Positions 42,154 through 51,658 of a DNA stretch of 64,000 nucleotides are shown one piece after another. The stretch lies in IMG/VR virus record IMGVR_UViG_3300044957_000763, positions 62,001 to 126,000 of that record; one strand, written 5' to 3'. Each line of letters begins with the position of its first letter. Position 1 is the stretch's first letter. The notes below the pieces were generated by a model. The model ran no database searches. It was not told the origin of the DNA and saw nothing but the letters and a program-made list of their open reading frames with translations. Made by a program: the position numbers and the translations under genes.

Positions 42154-44394
42154 ATGGCCGATTCTGTGTTGACGATAAATGGTGAGGTCTCATCTATACG
42201 TAGATTTGACAGTGGGTGGTGCATTGCAAGCATTGTTCCAAAATCAGATGACGACAAGTCACTAACGATAGACGCGGTTACAATTGTTGGCACGATGCCT
42301 GGTGTCACAGAGGGCATGAATATCGCTGTTACAGCTAAGAAATCCGTGCATGAGAAGTATGGAACTCAATACAAAGTGGTTGACCTTTTATCGTGTGGTT
42401 ATTCAACCCTAGATGGCTTGAAGCGATACTTGGCCGGTGACGATTTTCCAGATGTAGGCGATGTCACGGCAACACTTATTGTTAATCATTTTGGCGAGAA
42501 TGTGGTTGAAATTCTAGATGCAGACCCAGAGCGCGTGTTTGAAGTCAAGGGGGCAAACTCAAATCGACTCAAGCGTGTCGCTGAGTTATGGGTAAAAGCG
42601 CGTAATAATCAACGCGGTTCTCTTGAACTAATAAAACTTGGACTGACATCATTACTTGCGCATCGTGTAATTAAGCACTTTGACAATGAAAACATATTGG
42701 ATGTCCTGAAATCTAATCCATATCGACTGACAGAAGTTCGCGGAATCGGATTTACTCGCGCAGATGAGGTTGCTTTGAGATGCAATATATTGACAGATTC
42801 CCCAAGAAGAATTGAAGCAGCCATCAAATACACGCTAGATGAATATGGTGTTCAAGGCCACTGTTATATGAATACCAATCGTTTAATAGCATCGGTTTGT
42901 GATTTGCTCACAGTAGAATCGAGTCAGGTTGGCACCTGTATTAACACACTCAGAAAAAGTGGTGACATTGTCATTGACGGCGCGTCAACATATTCGTCCG
43001 AGATGTACAATGCCGAGGTTGAAGTCGCGGGTGAATTGATAAAGATGATTCAGTACCCCCATGGCACAACACATTACGACAATTACGAACAGGTTGAAAG
43101 TGACTTGGAAGATTTTTCTGATTTTGATTCATCAATCAAACTAGATGGACTCCAGTTACAGGCGATTATGACCGCACTGAATGAGCGAGTTTGCGTTATT
43201 ACTGGCGGTCCGGGAACTGGAAAGACCACTATTACTCGAGCACTAGTGTCTTTACTAGACAAACACGGGTATAGCTATGAATTGTGTTCACCAACTGGCC
43301 GCGCGGCTAAGCGATTGTCAGAATCATCTGGCAAACAAGCCAGAACAATTCATCGTTTGTTGTCGTGGCAACCGAGTACAAGTACGTTTATGTACAACGC
43401 ATCATTGCCATTGACCACAAACTTTGTTTTGGTTGATGAGTTCTCTATGGTGGATTTACGTTTGTTCAGAGATTTGCTTCGAGCTTTAGAGACAAGTGCT
43501 AGAATTGTGATAATAGGAGATAAAGACCAGTTACCGTCTGTTGGAGCAGGCAACGTCCTGCATGACATTATTGATTCTGGTGTTGTTCCAGTAGTGCGCT
43601 TGAACAAAGTGTTTCGGCAAGAGACAGGAAATACAATTGTTGATGTGGCTCACTCTATTGTCGGTGGTGAAATCCCAGAATTGCCAACACCCAAGGATTC
43701 TAAAGGCAAAAATTGCATGATGGTCAACATCGGTGATGACGCATCAAAAATGCAAAGTTTTATTCTGCAACTTATCACTAAAGAAATCCCCAAATTGACC
43801 GATGACTCCGGCGCTAATTTGAAGGCCAAAGACGTTCAGATTTTGACCCCAAGACGAACTGGTAAATATTCTGTTGATGAGATGAATCCGTGGATGCAAG
43901 ACGCTGTCAACCCTGAAAAACCAGGCGTAGACCAAATTAAAGATGGGCACAGGGTGCTACGTGTTGGTGATAGGGTTATGCAAATAAGGAACAACTATGC
44001 GCTTGGTGACTCAGGTGTGTTTAACGGAGACATTGGATATATTGTCTCGAGTTCTATGACAGCAGACGGACCATTGGTTGGAGTTAGATACCCAGATATC
44101 ATGCATCCGGTAGAGTATGACGATGAGACACTTGACCAAATTCAGCACGCATGGGTTTCAACAGTTCATAAATCCCAAGGCTCTGAGATTCCAGTTGTTA
44201 TTTTTGTACTCCAGAGTTGCCATGGTATCATGCTGCAACGTAACTTGCTCTACACCGGTGTTACAAGAGCTAAAAGGATTTGTTTAATTATGGGAGAACA
44301 CAATGCCCTAGTTACTGCAATTAACAATGACAAGGTCATTAATCGAAACACGGGTTTGTCGAGTAGACTACAAGAGATGACTGGTGTTGACTAA
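42154..44394 (+). CDS. recD2: RecD2-like SF1B DNA helicase
   Basis: OB-like N-terminus (HEKYGTQY), HhH NPYRLTEVRGIGF, ITGGPGTGKTT, SPTGRAAKRL, TIHRLL, VDEFSM, GDKDQLPSVGAG, TVHKSQGSE, LLYTGVTRAK. ATG 42154 preferred over the track's 42106. Confidence 0.93.
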   Translation: MADSVLTINGEVSSIRRFDSGWCIASIVPKSDDDKSLTIDAVTIVGTMPGVTEGMNIAVTAKKSVHEKYGTQYKVVDLLSCGYSTLDGLKRYLAGDDFPDVGDVTATLIVNHFGENVVEILDADPERVFEVKGANSNRLKRVAELWVKARNNQRGSLELIKLGLTSLLAHRVIKHFDNENILDVLKSNPYRLTEVRGIGFTRADEVALRCNILTDSPRRIEAAIKYTLDEYGVQGHCYMNTNRLIASVCDLLTVESSQVGTCINTLRKSGDIVIDGASTYSSEMYNAEVEVAGELIKMIQYPHGTTHYDNYEQVESDLEDFSDFDSSIKLDGLQLQAIMTALNERVCVITGGPGTGKTTITRALVSLLDKHGYSYELCSPTGRAAKRLSESSGKQARTIHRLLSWQPSTSTFMYNASLPLTTNFVLVDEFSMVDLRLFRDLLRALETSARIVIIGDKDQLPSVGAGNVLHDIIDSGVVPVVRLNKVFRQETGNTIVDVAHSIVGGEIPELPTPKDSKGKNCMMVNIGDDASKMQSFILQLITKEIPKLTDDSGANLKAKDVQILTPRRTGKYSVDEMNPWMQDAVNPEKPGVDQIKDGHRVLRVGDRVMQIRNNYALGDSGVFNGDIGYIVSSSMTADGPLVGVRYPDIMHPVEYDDETLDQIQHAWVSTVHKSQGSEIPVVIFVLQSCHGIMLQRNLLYTGVTRAKRICLIMGEHNALVTAINNDKVINRNTGLSSRLQEMTGVD

Positions 44395-45992
44395 TTCGAG
44401 TACACATTCGGGTCGACGCCTGGTACTTCTTTATAGTTTGGTTCCTGTTTTTTTGTTTGCATTTGCTTCGGCAAAGAGTTATTGATTTTCACCAAGAAAC
44501 TATGGATGATATTTGTGGCCACTTGTACTTCTGGGTATATTTTTGTCTTGTTTTTGTTGTTTTTGTAATCGAATTCTCTTGCTAACACCTTAATTTCAGC
44601 CATTGTTTCTCTCATTTTTTCTGCTTGGTTATCAATAGCAGCCTTGGGTCCACCTATTGCATGTATAGCCACTGCACGCTCAGCATGTGGCGCCAACAAG
44701 GGGGCGAATAATGAACCCCATTTATTGGGGTTCCACTTACTTGGGTTTGTGGCTATGTTTTTAATACCAAGTCCAACAGACTCTTTCACCCTATCTGTGT
44801 CTATCTTGGATAGTAATGATTTGTCTTGTGGCTCTGACACACCCAGGGCCTCGGTGTCATTTTGTTTTGTATCTTCTTTGGTTTTGGTTTGGGAAAACAC
44901 AGAGCGGTATCTTTTGCGTAATTCATCCGGGGTACCATTATAGAAACTCTTAGGGTCATACGCTAAACCTTTGAATCTATTTGGTAGCGTCTTTCTTAGG
45001 TCATCAACTGCTTCTCTAAGTTTTTCGGTTGTAAAAGTGACATTTTTGTCTTTAGTATTTTCAGCAATTTCAACTATAATAAGGGCTATATCATAAAGGT
45101 CATCGCATTGTTGCTTGACCTTTTCTGGTATTGTAGCTTTTAGATATTGACTTCTTTCCCACTCTTGGTTGATATACGATAGCGGGAAGCCCCAGACACC
45201 GCCGCCGGTGAATAATGTGGCCAATCCGGTGATTGCTGTTCGCCCGAGCGTTTTCCCAATTTGGTCTGGGTCCCATAGGCTGTCTCCGCGAACAGCAGCA
45301 TATTGCTCTAGACCATACAGGTATCCAAATGTGTTTTGAACTGACAGTTCGACCGCATCGCTTTTGAATTTTCTTGCAGGTTGATATGAACTCACAATGG
45401 TATGATTATTCATAATGGTGGAATCTCCCTGTTTGTTGAGGTGTAAGTTAGACGAGGCCAAGATTTGCATTGGTTGCGGTAGGTCATTAAGAGAAATTGC
45501 TGATTGGTCAACCATGTCTGATGTTGTGAAGTTGTCTGTGGTTGAAACAGCCAAACAAAGAATTGCCAATCTTGATATCCATATCTTGCCCCAGGGTGAA
45601 AGCACCAGCCAGGCATAGGATGTGTTGACATCTTCAACACCAGTTATTTGTATCCATTGGCCACCAAGGGAACTAAATTCTGACCCAAGAATTTCTTTGA
45701 CCTTGCTGTTGTTTAGAGAGGCGTAAAAGTCTTCTGCGTACTTGAGCTGGTTGAGCTTGGTTAATAGCTTGTGTCTGCCGACTAACAAGCGGTGGGTGAA
45801 TATGTCAATGCCATTAAATGTCCCAGATTCATCCACAAAATTAAAAGCAAACCACTTACGATGCTGGTTCTCGTTTGCCTCTTCGACAATGAAGTTTACC
45901 CCGCCGCGTGTGTGCGACCTGACAATACGCCCCATGTACAATGGTTTGTGGAATATCATCCAGTCGGTTATGGATTGCAGATTTGGAGCCAT
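44391..45992 (-). CDS. Hypothetical protein (533 aa), possibly two modules; contains an antisense gene
   Basis: ATG 45992 has a GAGG SD (AAAGAGGTAT-ATG); the frame is open to 44391; an internal ATG at 45413 is an alternative start. Confidence 0.5.
   Translation of the reverse strand: MAPNLQSITDWMIFHKPLYMGRIVRSHTRGGVNFIVEEANENQHRKWFAFNFVDESGTFNGIDIFTHRLLVGRHKLLTKLNQLKYAEDFYASLNNSKVKEILGSEFSSLGGQWIQITGVEDVNTSYAWLVLSPWGKIWISRLAILCLAVSTTDNFTTSDMVDQSAISLNDLPQPMQILASSNLHLNKQGDSTIMNNHTIVSSYQPARKFKSDAVELSVQNTFGYLYGLEQYAAVRGDSLWDPDQIGKTLGRTAITGLATLFTGGGVWGFPLSYINQEWERSQYLKATIPEKVKQQCDDLYDIALIIVEIAENTKDKNVTFTTEKLREAVDDLRKTLPNRFKGLAYDPKSFYNGTPDELRKRYRSVFSQTKTKEDTKQNDTEALGVSEPQDKSLLSKIDTDRVKESVGLGIKNIATNPSKWNPNKWGSLFAPLLAPHAERAVAIHAIGGPKAAIDNQAEKMRETMAEIKVLAREFDYKNNKNKTKIYPEVQVATNIIHSFLVKINNSLPKQMQTKKQEPNYKEVPGVDPNVYSN
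45415..45618 (+). CDS. DUF1289-like small Cys-rich protein
   Basis: SPCLLRCKLDEAKICIGCGRSLREIADWSTMSDVVK matches the family pattern SPC...C...C-x-GC-x-R-x-x-x-EI-x-x-W. Confidence 0.75.
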   Translation: MVESPCLLRCKLDEAKICIGCGRSLREIADWSTMSDVVKLSVVETAKQRIANLDIHILPQGESTSQA

Positions 45993-46056
45993 ATACCTCT
46001 TTGTACGGAATTGGTTGTGAACTTTCCTGTGAATATAGGTTTGACAGTGTCGTGAT

Positions 46057-47922
46057 ATGAATAGAAATACTATGAGCGTACATTCAAAGAAAGAATCTGA
46101 AGACATGTATGGTGGCATGTTTGGTGATTTGCCGACATTGGCGTCAGATGATACTGGCGAAATCAACTCATTTGCAAGTGATGTAATTAATCGAGAAGTT
46201 AGCGCAAACAGGTTTACAGACTTATTTTCTGCCTTGAGCAGAAAGATAGGTGATGGCTGGACAGCCATTCGTCACATAGGCGACCACGATGCCAAAGATG
46301 TGGCTACACGTTGGCGGCAAGAAAAATATCTTAATGAAGCGATAGACCCGCTCAACACTGGCAAACGGAATTTTAATTTAACAAATCCTCAAATATTTAG
46401 ACAATTTATTGCGGATATAGACGCTCAAGCCCAACAAATTGTTACAAAAGCCATCGAAAAACAACGCAGGGCTCCAGAAATTGCAATTTTGGATGCAGAA
46501 AAAGCACTTCAAAATGCTAAAGCATATCAAAAACAGGCAGAACTTGATAAAGCTGCCGCCGAAGTTGCGCACAATGCATTGCAAAATTCTACAGATATGG
46601 CAGCAAAAAACGCAGCAAAAGCAGAATTTGACCGAGCCAGTGCTGCACTAACAGTTTATGAAAGTCGACTCAGAGCCGCTAATGATAATTTTGTACAAAC
46701 ACGCCTGAAGAACCATACTCCAGAAGCAAGAGACGCAGCCAACGCAAGGGCGGATGAAATGGAGAAACATCGTGGTGATTACGCCCAAGCGATTCAAAAC
46801 AAAATCAAATCCGCTCTCAATAAGCCAGGAGGAGTGGAACTGGGTGCAAATGATTTCAAAATCAGTGTGAACGACTCGGTTACAGTCCCTGGCAAAAAAA
46901 GGCAGTTGCCAGCTATTGAAGTTGAAACCATCAAACTAGACAAGGCAAAGTACAACAATGTCATTGATACCATAAAGAATGAAAAAAACGAGATAGCCAA
47001 GGCAAGAGGTGAAGTACAAACACGTATCGACGCACGACCTCCCAAGAAGGGAGACACTAAGGTTGTTGATGGCAAGAAGTGGTATTTCAATGGAAAACTA
47101 TGGCTTCTTGTCGGCGGCGCAGCCGCAGCACTGGCTTATAAGGATGAAATACAAGGTGCATACGAAAGTTATAAGAACAATAATCAAGATGTTAATGTTG
47201 GTTCTAAAACCACAGGCCAAGAATCCGATGACAAAAGTTCAGATTTGTCAAGTGGATATGACCCGTATAAATCGCATGAGACATCTCCAGAGGATATGAA
47301 CAAATGGGCTCCAGGAGGTTCGTATCCAAACACTCAACCATCAAAATCCTACGAGGAAGACCCATGGGACAAGTTCAAGACCAAGTCTCCTGCTCAACAA
47401 CGTAAGTTTGAGTCTGGCTCTGATGACGACAGCGGTTGGTGGAATGCGCCAGGTGTTTCCAAGCCTAAATATGATGATATGGGGTATGTCGGTGGTTCAG
47501 ATGAGTCATGGGCTCGCACTGCATTAAAATCAGGTCCCAATGCAGGCGAACTAGATGATTCCGAACTTGCTGATTATGGGGCAGACCAATTGATTGCCGC
47601 ACAAAACTTCTTGTCGTACTATGGTCTTGGTACTGAAAAACAACCAGGCATACAAATCATCAATTCGTTATTAATGGGAAGTTTTGACGGTAAATCATTT
47701 GAAGAATACAAAAACACACATTCTGAAGCTGAAGTCCGCGATGCAATGAAGAGGTTTGGGCAAGGGTTGAGTATGTTTAATGCGCAAATGGGTAGCTTGG
47801 CCAAAAACCTAGAGTCTTTTTATCAAGAGCAACAAAGACGAATTGAGTCTGAGACACTTAAACCGAAATCAAATGAGCAACCAAACGAGCAATCAAATGA
47901 GCAATCAGAACGAACTCAATAG
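46057..47922 (+). CDS. 621-aa hypothetical coiled-coil protein with one hydrophobic segment
   Basis: Ala/Lys/Gln-rich helical N-half, LWLLVGGAAAALAY segment, acidic low-complexity C-half. Confidence 0.7.
   Translation: MNRNTMSVHSKKESEDMYGGMFGDLPTLASDDTGEINSFASDVINREVSANRFTDLFSALSRKIGDGWTAIRHIGDHDAKDVATRWRQEKYLNEAIDPLNTGKRNFNLTNPQIFRQFIADIDAQAQQIVTKAIEKQRRAPEIAILDAEKALQNAKAYQKQAELDKAAAEVAHNALQNSTDMAAKNAAKAEFDRASAALTVYESRLRAANDNFVQTRLKNHTPEARDAANARADEMEKHRGDYAQAIQNKIKSALNKPGGVELGANDFKISVNDSVTVPGKKRQLPAIEVETIKLDKAKYNNVIDTIKNEKNEIAKARGEVQTRIDARPPKKGDTKVVDGKKWYFNGKLWLLVGGAAAALAYKDEIQGAYESYKNNNQDVNVGSKTTGQESDDKSSDLSSGYDPYKSHETSPEDMNKWAPGGSYPNTQPSKSYEEDPWDKFKTKSPAQQRKFESGSDDDSGWWNAPGVSKPKYDDMGYVGGSDESWARTALKSGPNAGELDDSELADYGADQLIAAQNFLSYYGLGTEKQPGIQIINSLLMGSFDGKSFEEYKNTHSEAEVRDAMKRFGQGLSMFNAQMGSLAKNLESFYQEQQRRIESETLKPKSNEQPNEQSNEQSERTQ
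47869..47904 (+). repeat. Three tandem 12-nt repeats
   Basis: TCAAATGAGCAA / CCAAACGAGCAA / TCAAATGAGCAA in the overlap of two genes. Confidence 0.8.
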
Positions 47923-48439
47923 GGCATTATATGATGTCATTAGAAGTTTGCGCGATAGCGGTATGACTCGCGAGGCGTCGCAAGTGATTGCCGCCGCTGA
48001 ACGCATTGCTGCGGCTGGTCCAGAACTATTGAATTCCAACCATATCACACAAGTTGGTCGCAGTGAACTTGGTCTTCGTGGTGGCCAGCAAACCAAGTTC
48101 TGGGAAGTATTTGGCCCTGTTCTTGGGTGGTTTAGACCAACTACGGGTCCGGCAAGAGGTGTCCCAGTGCCACAAATTATGCCAGGAGAGTCAATAGCGA
48201 ACTTCAGGCGAAGGTGCTATCAATGGTTACAACAATACGCACAGATTTCTGGGCAACAAGAGTTGATGACAAGTATGAGGAATTTGTTCTCTATGATTCA
48301 GCAACCAGCTACTATGAAACAACTTGAGGAAACCAATCGAAAAATCTACGATGAATTTGGTCGACAGTATGCTGAGGCCCAAGCAAAGGCCAAACAACGT
48401 GATAAGAAACCAACTCCGAAAACGCAAACAGTGACATAA
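47897..48439 (+). CDS. Hypothetical helical protein
   Basis: ATG 47897 (or 47873), in frame with the track ORF 47843. Confidence 0.6.
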   Translation: MSNQNELNRALYDVIRSLRDSGMTREASQVIAAAERIAAAGPELLNSNHITQVGRSELGLRGGQQTKFWEVFGPVLGWFRPTTGPARGVPVPQIMPGESIANFRRRCYQWLQQYAQISGQQELMTSMRNLFSMIQQPATMKQLEETNRKIYDEFGRQYAEAQAKAKQRDKKPTPKTQTVT

Positions 48440-48445
48440 TACTTT

Positions 48446-49399
48446 GTGCCGCCTAGAAAACCCAAGACACAAATAGCTGTGATTCAGCATATTTCCAATG
48501 CTTGTTCGTGTCCGTTCTACACTTCGAACAAGAGTGGTAAAGGTTTCTGCTTCATCAAGAATGCGATGACGTTAGACGAAGCCACAGGTTTTGTCTCAGA
48601 AAGCCGTGATTTAACACCAGAAGACTGGGCAGAAGACTGCGGTGGTTCGTGGGACTATTGTAGTGTATTGCCGTTGTTGTATGATTATGACGAGGGTGAT
48701 GTTGACCCCAATGCTCGAGATGTGGCTGATACATATAATCCATTTGAAGACGAAGGTGAAGACGAACCAGAAGCTCGTCCGTTAACTTCATTTACACCAC
48801 CGGCAATTGCTGAAAAACAAGCCGAAGAACGTGCTGAATTAGAACAAGAAAGTTATTCTGCTGGCAGTCTTGAATATGCCTCTGATGCAACGTTCTCTAT
48901 GCACCAGGTGCCAGACCCGTACAAGGTCAAATGTGATGCTATATTGGTTCCGGTAAACAACTTGTTGGAACCCATGGACCTTATGCTTATGAGGCACGCC
49001 GGTGCATATTTTGACTCAGCAAGCACCTCTTATCACGGACCAATTGTGACAGGAGAGATATATCCAGTCAAGTCGCCATATCCAAGTATTAGTGCGCGAA
49101 ATGTGGTGTACAGAGGTGTTGTTGCCGGTGTGCAATCCATCAACGTTGTTGAAATCGAAGATGCTGTGAGGAAAACACTATACCACGCCGAAGGTAATGG
49201 GGTCAATACGTTGGCAATGATGCCAATGGATTATGGTGGATATGACATAGAACTTACTGCTCAAGCACAAATTTCAACCATTCATGAGTTCTTAGTCACT
49301 GTTGAAACCAAGAACTTAAAGCACATTGTAATTCTGATTCCAGATGATACCACAATGGATGTGTTTGAAGACTATCAAAAGAGAATTTTTGATAATTAG
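48446..49399 (+). CDS. Cys-cluster plus degenerate macrodomain protein
   Basis: N-terminal CSCPFY...FCF...CGGSWDYC; acidic linker; C-terminal KCDAILVPVN...GEIYPV...IEDAVRKTL...NTLAMMPMDYG...LKHIVILI macro-like fold. Confidence 0.65.
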   Translation: MPPRKPKTQIAVIQHISNACSCPFYTSNKSGKGFCFIKNAMTLDEATGFVSESRDLTPEDWAEDCGGSWDYCSVLPLLYDYDEGDVDPNARDVADTYNPFEDEGEDEPEARPLTSFTPPAIAEKQAEERAELEQESYSAGSLEYASDATFSMHQVPDPYKVKCDAILVPVNNLLEPMDLMLMRHAGAYFDSASTSYHGPIVTGEIYPVKSPYPSISARNVVYRGVVAGVQSINVVEIEDAVRKTLYHAEGNGVNTLAMMPMDYGGYDIELTAQAQISTIHEFLVTVETKNLKHIVILIPDDTTMDVFEDYQKRIFDN

Positions 49400-49421
49400 T
49401 TGTAGGTTGTAATATCACTGC

Positions 49422-49778
49422 GTGCGAAAAAAGCCAGTGGAGCCAATCATGCCAATAAAAGACCTAAACACCGCCAGCGCACTTGTAAGAGGCTTAGTTG
49501 ATGCCATTCAGTGCCCAGCATTTGTTACTAGTCAAAGTAATGGGCTGGTGGCTTGCAATAAAGCAGCAAAAAGCATCAAAGGCAAAGACTTGTCAATGGT
49601 TCAGATGTCTGATGGTCAAGTTGTTGATATCAGTGGTAAGCAATACAAGGTCATTAGTAAAAAACTCAACCATAAAACAGATTGTATTTTATTCGAGTTA
49701 CACGATGTCACTGACCCGACAGAAAGACTGAAGTTCGCCGGGGCAGTACTTGACAAGGCATTGAGCGGGGCGTTTTAA
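49422..49778 (+). CDS. Stand-alone PAS-like small protein
   Basis: LVDAIQCPAFVTSQSNGLVACNKAA resembles a PAS N-terminus; ends ELHDVTD. Confidence 0.45.
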   Translation: MRKKPVEPIMPIKDLNTASALVRGLVDAIQCPAFVTSQSNGLVACNKAAKSIKGKDLSMVQMSDGQVVDISGKQYKVISKKLNHKTDCILFELHDVTDPTERLKFAGAVLDKALSGAF

Positions 49779-49780
49779 TT

Positions 49781-50356
49781 GTGTTTTCATCTGGTGAACA
49801 CAATAGCTCTGAAGAAAAGATTAATCAATTATCAGAGCAGGTTAAGCTACAAGTTGGTGCCTATGAGGCGATGGCCGAGGTTTACGAGAAGTACTCTCTA
49901 GCCCTTGCACGCATTATGGAGCTGCTCAGGCAACTTCATGACGGTGTCCGAAATAATGACGCCAATATTGAACAGCATTTTGCCGAAATAGTTACGTGTG
50001 TTACTGTAGTTGGCGAAAGCATCAAACACGCCGAAGAAGCAATTCGCCTAGACCACTCTGTTTTTTCTCAAAGATTTAATGAGTTTGTAGTTGTTTTGGA
50101 CAAAATCTTAAACAAAGTAGAGAGCACTGATAATGATATTGCTGCTTTGAGAAAATCAGCTCAAGAGTTTTACGAATCTATTAACCAAACATCATATTCA
50201 ACGCTGACTATGGTAAAAGATTTACACACACAAAGTCAAAAATCTTTAGATTTTTGGAAGCGCTGGAGAATTTGGCTATATGCTTTCATTGGGGTAATTG
50301 GTATTTTGGAGTTCCTCATGCAGTTCGGCATTCTGAAGTTAACCTGGTTCAAGTAA
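49781..50356 (+). CDS. Coiled-coil protein with C-terminal transmembrane helix
   Basis: Heptad-rich body; WKRWRIWLYAFIGVIGILEFLM tail. Confidence 0.65.
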   Translation: MFSSGEHNSSEEKINQLSEQVKLQVGAYEAMAEVYEKYSLALARIMELLRQLHDGVRNNDANIEQHFAEIVTCVTVVGESIKHAEEAIRLDHSVFSQRFNEFVVVLDKILNKVESTDNDIAALRKSAQEFYESINQTSYSTLTMVKDLHTQSQKSLDFWKRWRIWLYAFIGVIGILEFLMQFGILKLTWFK

Positions 50357-50359
50357 AGT

Positions 50360-50368
50360 TGGTATAAT
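50360..50368 (+). promoter_or_regulatory. Extended -10 promoter TGG-TATAAT
   Basis: Perfect TGnTATAAT, 6 nt before GTG 50375, no SD. Confidence 0.6.
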
Positions 50369-50374
50369 GCCTCT

Positions 50375-51067
50375 GTGAACCAAGAACTAGAATACGTCAG
50401 GGGCAGGACTGTGTATGCCGTGCGCTCTGGTTCGTACATGTACGGGCTAAATCATGACAATAGCGACGAAGACTCCCTCGGCGTGTTTGTTGACACACCG
50501 AATCGCACACTTGGTTTTTCCCCATACAAGACCATTAAAAACCCAGAATCAGACGAGACTTACAAGACTTTGCATGATTATGCAAAGCACCTGGCCAATG
50601 GTTCTTCTTTTTGGGTTGAAACACTGTTCGCACCAGAATCTTGCATTATTACCCAGCATCCTGCGTTTGATTGCTTCATCCTTCATCGAAATGCGTTTTT
50701 GACCAAGGCTTTGATTTCAAAATCACTTGGATTTATCGAAGCAATGACACGATTAAAACTGAGTGATGATACACCTAATATCTACAAACAACTATCACAC
50801 GCTGTCAGAGTTGGGTATATGATTGAGCGATGGCTTGACACGGGTATTTTTGAGGTGCAAATATCAGAGCATCGAGACGAACTAATGGATATTAAGTTTG
50901 CCAGGTCTTCAATTCAATTAGCGCACGACAAAGCTAAAAAGATGCATGAATCCATTGATGCACAATTACAGAAGTGTGGTCTGCCAGAAGATATCGGCAA
51001 TGAATTACTGAACGAGATAGTCACAGAGGCAACATTTGCTTATTGGACACATATGGGTGAGATGTAA
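50375..51067 (+). CDS. Pol-beta superfamily nucleotidyltransferase (PF10127/RlaP-like)
   Basis: AVRSGSYMYGLNHDNSDEDSLGVFV (GS...DxD) and KQLSHAVRV...WLDTG helical domain. Confidence 0.8.
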   Translation: MNQELEYVRGRTVYAVRSGSYMYGLNHDNSDEDSLGVFVDTPNRTLGFSPYKTIKNPESDETYKTLHDYAKHLANGSSFWVETLFAPESCIITQHPAFDCFILHRNAFLTKALISKSLGFIEAMTRLKLSDDTPNIYKQLSHAVRVGYMIERWLDTGIFEVQISEHRDELMDIKFARSSIQLAHDKAKKMHESIDAQLQKCGLPEDIGNELLNEIVTEATFAYWTHMGEM

Positions 51068-51378
51068 TGCCAGGTGTTATTCAAGAACTAAGTGATGTAA
51101 TGCGCGTTTGGCCTCATCAAGTCACTCCAGACAGTAGTGAGTATGACGCTGTTGTATTTGAGTATACAAAGGGAAATTGTTGGGATGTTGTTAGGTGGAT
51201 GGTTAATATCCGACAAGAATATGGACTGTCGGTTGTTTGTTGCTTTAATACCAACTGGGGTCTCGCCGGCACTAGCCTGCATTGCGTGGTGGATTCATTT
51301 GGCCCGCATTGGTTTAATAGCACTCATGAACTGGTGCAGGGTCTAAAGAACATGGTGGCAGGAAATGACTCGCTCTAA
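51067..51378 (+). CDS. Hypothetical protein
   Basis: 103 aa, TAATG-coupled. Confidence 0.5.
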   Translation: MPGVIQELSDVMRVWPHQVTPDSSEYDAVVFEYTKGNCWDVVRWMVNIRQEYGLSVVCCFNTNWGLAGTSLHCVVDSFGPHWFNSTHELVQGLKNMVAGNDSL

Positions 51379-51658
51379 ATGTCATGTTTGCGGCTCGACT
51401 TTTAATGTGCAAAAGCATGAGATGAGGTATTTGGGTAACGGGGACATTAAATCAGCACAGTTTGAGCATCCGGTTTCATATCCAGACTGGCAGGCACACA
51501 TTATGCTTACTTGTCCAATACACCGCCTGCCAAGAATGCCAGACAGTTGCTTGATTGATTTAGAGAGATTCATTGCTATAGAAAAACGCACCGCAATGAT
51601 TGATGAGCAGATTGAGACTGATTATTTAGAATCAGATTCCGAGGATATCATCGAGTAA
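51365..51658 (+). CDS. Small Cys/His hypothetical protein
   Basis: CHVC and CPIH motifs. Confidence 0.55.
   Translation: MTRSKCHVCGSTFNVQKHEMRYLGNGDIKSAQFEHPVSYPDWQAHIMLTCPIHRLPRMPDSCLIDLERFIAIEKRTAMIDEQIETDYLESDSEDIIE

Noticed and set aside
45270-45305. LysM-like YAAVRGDSLW in the minus ORF
   Set aside because: Only the first few residues match; the following IA...YG...L...N pattern is absent.
46041-46046. Perfect TTGACA -35 box
   Set aside because: No good -10 hexamer at 16-18 nt spacing, so it was not called as a promoter.
45993-46268. 5' extension of the minus ORF to 46268 as in the track
   Set aside because: It overlaps the start of the 621-aa plus gene in antisense, and a good SD-led ATG exists at 45992.
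49781-50356. Holin call
   Set aside because: There is a single C-terminal TM but no adjacent endolysin or spanin; the evidence is insufficient.
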